Origin: an uncultured Crenothrix sp.
GTDB lineage: Bacteria > Pseudomonadota > Gammaproteobacteria > Methylococcales > Methylomonadaceae
Assembly (NCBI GenBank): GCA_964450225.1
Contig: CAYVFT010000002.1
Location: 4,044 to 68,043, forward strand
Direction: 5' to 3'
DNA: 64,000 bases
Shown: positions 61,501-64,000 of the stretch, piece by piece
How the letters are laid out: the number at the start of each line of letters is the position of its first letter
Numbering within the stretch: the stretch's first letter is position 1
Notes under the pieces: generated by a model
The model's input: the letters and a program-made list of their open reading frames with translations, nothing else
What the model was told of the DNA's origin: nothing
The model's database searches: none
Position numbers and translations under genes: made by a program

Positions 61501-64000
61501 GTTTCATCGGCCCGAACGGTGATGTTACCGGTCGAGACTTTGATCTTGGCATCTTCAACGCTCGCATTGGCGCCGCCCCGTACGTCGTTCATCGAGACTG
61601 CCCCGGCTACGCCGACAGAACCGAATGAGGGAGCCGTCGTGCTCCCAGACGTCGAACCTACACTACCCAAAATGGTGAGATCCGACGTGGTACCCAGGGT
61701 AATTGTGGAATCAATCCGTGCCGTATCCTGTGCGAGAACCGTCAGGCCTTTGCCGGCATCGATGTCGGGTCCGGTCGCCGGATGGACAAAACCGTCGCTG
61801 TAATCAATCAGCGCCTCAGCAGAGCTGTTGGCTTTATTCGTGGCAATCACCGCCCCCAAGCTGAGCGCACGTGAACCTTTCTTGCTTACAACATCACTGA
61901 TGGTGGTATTGCTGATGTTCGAAACTACCGTGGCATCGGCGAGCGCGCTGACGTTCACTGCCCCGGTGGCCTTCACCACGGAATCAACCAGAGTGGCAAT
62001 GGCGTCGGATGGATTCTCGCCATCGAAGACTTGCGCCAACAAGGGATCACCCAGAAGCGCATCTACGCCATTAAACAAAATATTCTGCGGCCGCCAGCCG
62101 AGGCTGTTGAACGCCAGGGTCACCGCAGCACCCATGGCTGTCGGCGGTGGTGTCGCTCCAGGACTTGGCGGAGGGTTCGCCGGTGGCCTGCCGGCCAACT
62201 CCAGCATCATATCCGCGGCATTTACCACGATCGCGTTCAACGTTGCTCTATTAGTGGCGTCGACAGTGACGTCGCCCATCCCGGATGCCGTGTCCAAGGT
62301 ATTGATTTGACTGCGCAGAACCTTCGCTGTCGCCCCGCTTTGCACCACGTTGGTTCCGATGAGACCACTGACTCCGATTGATCGGATTGTTGATGATGCA
62401 AAATCCCTGTCGTTCGACTTCGTAGAAATTGTCGTACTGGCCACCAGGTCACTCTCAGCCGTGGCGCCGATTCGGGCGAGCTCGTCGGCCGTCACCACCA
62501 CGTCACCTGTGGTCGCCGTTACAGCAGTATCTTCGACACGGGCTACCGCTCCGCCCTTCACGTCGTTGTAGGTGATTGCTCCCGCCACACCAATAGCGCC
62601 CGTGGCTGTCGGCGGGGTAGGCGGGGTTGACCGCGGCTTTTGCCGTATTGTCACTGAATCCGTATCCAGAATCACGTTACCCTCAATCACCGCCCGATCA
62701 TCTGCCGTCACACTGACACCCGCCCCGGCGGTTACCATCGACGCCAAGCCGACGGAAACATCAGTATCATCAATCGTCGCATTGGCCTTGCTGCTGACTT
62801 TGTTCATCGCCAACACGGCGCCGAGACTGAGACTGCGGCTACCCATCTTGCCGCTGGCGCTGGCTACGGAAGTGTTGCTAATATCGGAATTCAGTTGCAC
62901 TTCACTGGTGGCGAGAACGCTCACTTGTCCCGTTGTGGCGGTTACTACGCTGTCGAGAATACTGGCCTTTGCGTCTGAGGGGTTTTCGTTACCGAAAGCG
63001 TTGGCCAGCAAGGGATCGCCCAGAATGGCGTCAAGGGTATTAAAGAGAAGGTTTTGCGAACCCCAACCGATACTGTTGAAAGCCAGGGTGACGCCGAGGT
63101 CGTAGGCTTCAGTAGACACGGTGGTGCGCCTGACCGTGCTCTCGACCGAAGACGAGGAGGCGTTAACCACTTCGGCGCTGAGCTGTGCGCGGTTGTCTGC
63201 CGAAACGGCGATGTTACCAGTCTGTGCAATCACCGTGCTGTTTTTCAGCAATGCTGTGGCGCCACTTTGAACCAGGTTGGTACCGATGACGCCACTAACG
63301 CCTAGGCCACTGAAGTTTCCGCTTCGGATTCTACCGCCCACGGTGGTGCTAGCGAGCAACTCGGTATCGGTACTGGCTACCAGGCTAGCCTGCTCGTCGG
63401 CCCGGACGCTGATGTCGCCGGTTTTCGCATTCAGCGTGCCGCGAACGACCGTTGCACTGGCGCCGCCCCGCACATCGTTGAGCGAAACCGCTCCGGCGCT
63501 GCCGATGCCGCTGAGTTGGGGAGGGACCGTAATGGGTGGTGGGCCGGTGTTGATGATTGTAAGCCGGGAATCAGTCGACAGAACGATGGTGGAGGCAATA
63601 TTGGCTTCCCGCTCCCAGACCGAGGGGGCGAGTTCCCAGAGCGTGCCGTCGGCATAGTTCTGGGTGCCCAGCTCCAGCGGCCCCTGGTTGGTTTTCGAGC
63701 GATAAACAGCGCCAGGATCGCCACCGCTGGCGTAGCCGTCGCCAACTTTAACCGTTGTCCCCACGGCGATTGTCTGTTGGCCGGAAGCTGTCGTGTAATC
63801 GGGGGTTTCTGAATAGTCGACCTGGCCGAGATTCAAGGTATCGTTCAGCCCCATATAGCGGTAAACCGCACCTGGTTCACCGCCGTTAGCATAGTCGTCG
63901 GCCAGCTTAACCCGGTCGCCCGTAGTTATCGTCTGCGAACCCGAAGCGGTGGTCAGGACCGGATCGGCAAAACCGTCACGCGCGTTGACGAGGATTCCAC
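28512..64000 (-). CDS. Giant (>11,828 codons in window) repeat-rich secreted/surface adhesin-like protein with an internal RTX Ca-binding block, an Ig-like domain array and a C-terminal metzincin-like motif; 5' end lies beyond the window
   Basis: A single ORF with no stop from 64000 down to TAA 28512-14. I translated 63855-64000 by hand: 48 further sense codons (..[49 protein letters not shown]) that continue the N-terminal repeat. The ATG at 63854 is therefore internal. Segment architecture is listed in the repeat features below. Confidence 0.92.
   Translation of the reverse strand, partial: [11828 protein letters not shown]
28851..28883 (-). other. Metzincin zinc-binding consensus HExxHxxGxxH ([11 protein letters not shown]) in the C-terminal domain of the giant protein
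   Basis: Codons read directly: cat gaa ata ggt cac gtt ctg ggg tat acg cat, in frame with the giant ORF, with the first His 122 codons before the last codon. Confidence 0.8.
29690..34390 (-). repeat. Eleven Ig-like (DUF11/TIGR01451-type conserved-repeat-like) domains of about 142 aa; domains 2-5 and 6-9 form a duplicated 4-domain super-repeat of about 1.73 kb
   Basis: Domain starts ([VI]x[VI][EV][KN][AS][IV]NA...P..P...EDA[DN]) lie at about 34370, 33965, 33515, 33090, 32670, 32230, 31780, 31350, 30925, 30490 and 30080. The IRIE[NK]AINA anchor (antisense attgatcgc[ac]ttctcgat[gc]cg[gt]at) is at 33951-33974, 32217-32240 and 30477-30500, giving periods of 1734 and 1740 nt. Confidence 0.8.
34815..38935 (-). 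repeat. RTX / hemolysin-type Ca-binding repeat block (GGxGxDxx-type nonapeptides organised in longer units of about 40 aa)
   Basis: Examples: [40 protein letters not shown] (about 38810-38935); [126 protein letters not shown]. More dispersed GGxGxD-like motifs occur at 41600-43000. Confidence 0.85.
48480..50390 (-). repeat. About 12 consecutive coils of about 50 aa with the signature x-x-x-A-[YWF]-[IV]-[GDKE]...(N/D)-[LI]-x-[IVL]-x-A (parallel beta-helix-like)
   Basis: Read in translation: [89 protein letters not shown] ... [22 protein letters not shown]. Confidence 0.65.
51000..55700 (-). repeat. Five copies of a roughly 270-aa beta-solenoid-like unit (sub-motifs AGAxxTNxIL, ARNxIG, GAGxxxxNx[11 protein letters not shown], ARNxISNxxEAxIK) with variable insertions
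   Basis: KAYIDG(D/G)G anchors lie at about 55575, 54240, 53430, 52285 and 51085. The irregular spacing (1335/810/1145/1200 nt) is explained by inserted modules at 54780-55265, 52830-53135 and 51610-52030. Confidence 0.7.
56400..63650 (-). repeat. Eight tandem in-frame units of about 282-323 aa, each with the core [24 protein letters not shown] and a GAVS[LM]NDVRGGA motif
   Basis: The core motif is found in antisense at about 63001-63092, 62036-62125, 61075-61155, 60125-60215, 59230-59305, 58300-58385, 57455-57540 and 56600-56675. Anchor spacing is 969, 968, 942, 910, 918, 845 and 868 nt. Confidence 0.85.
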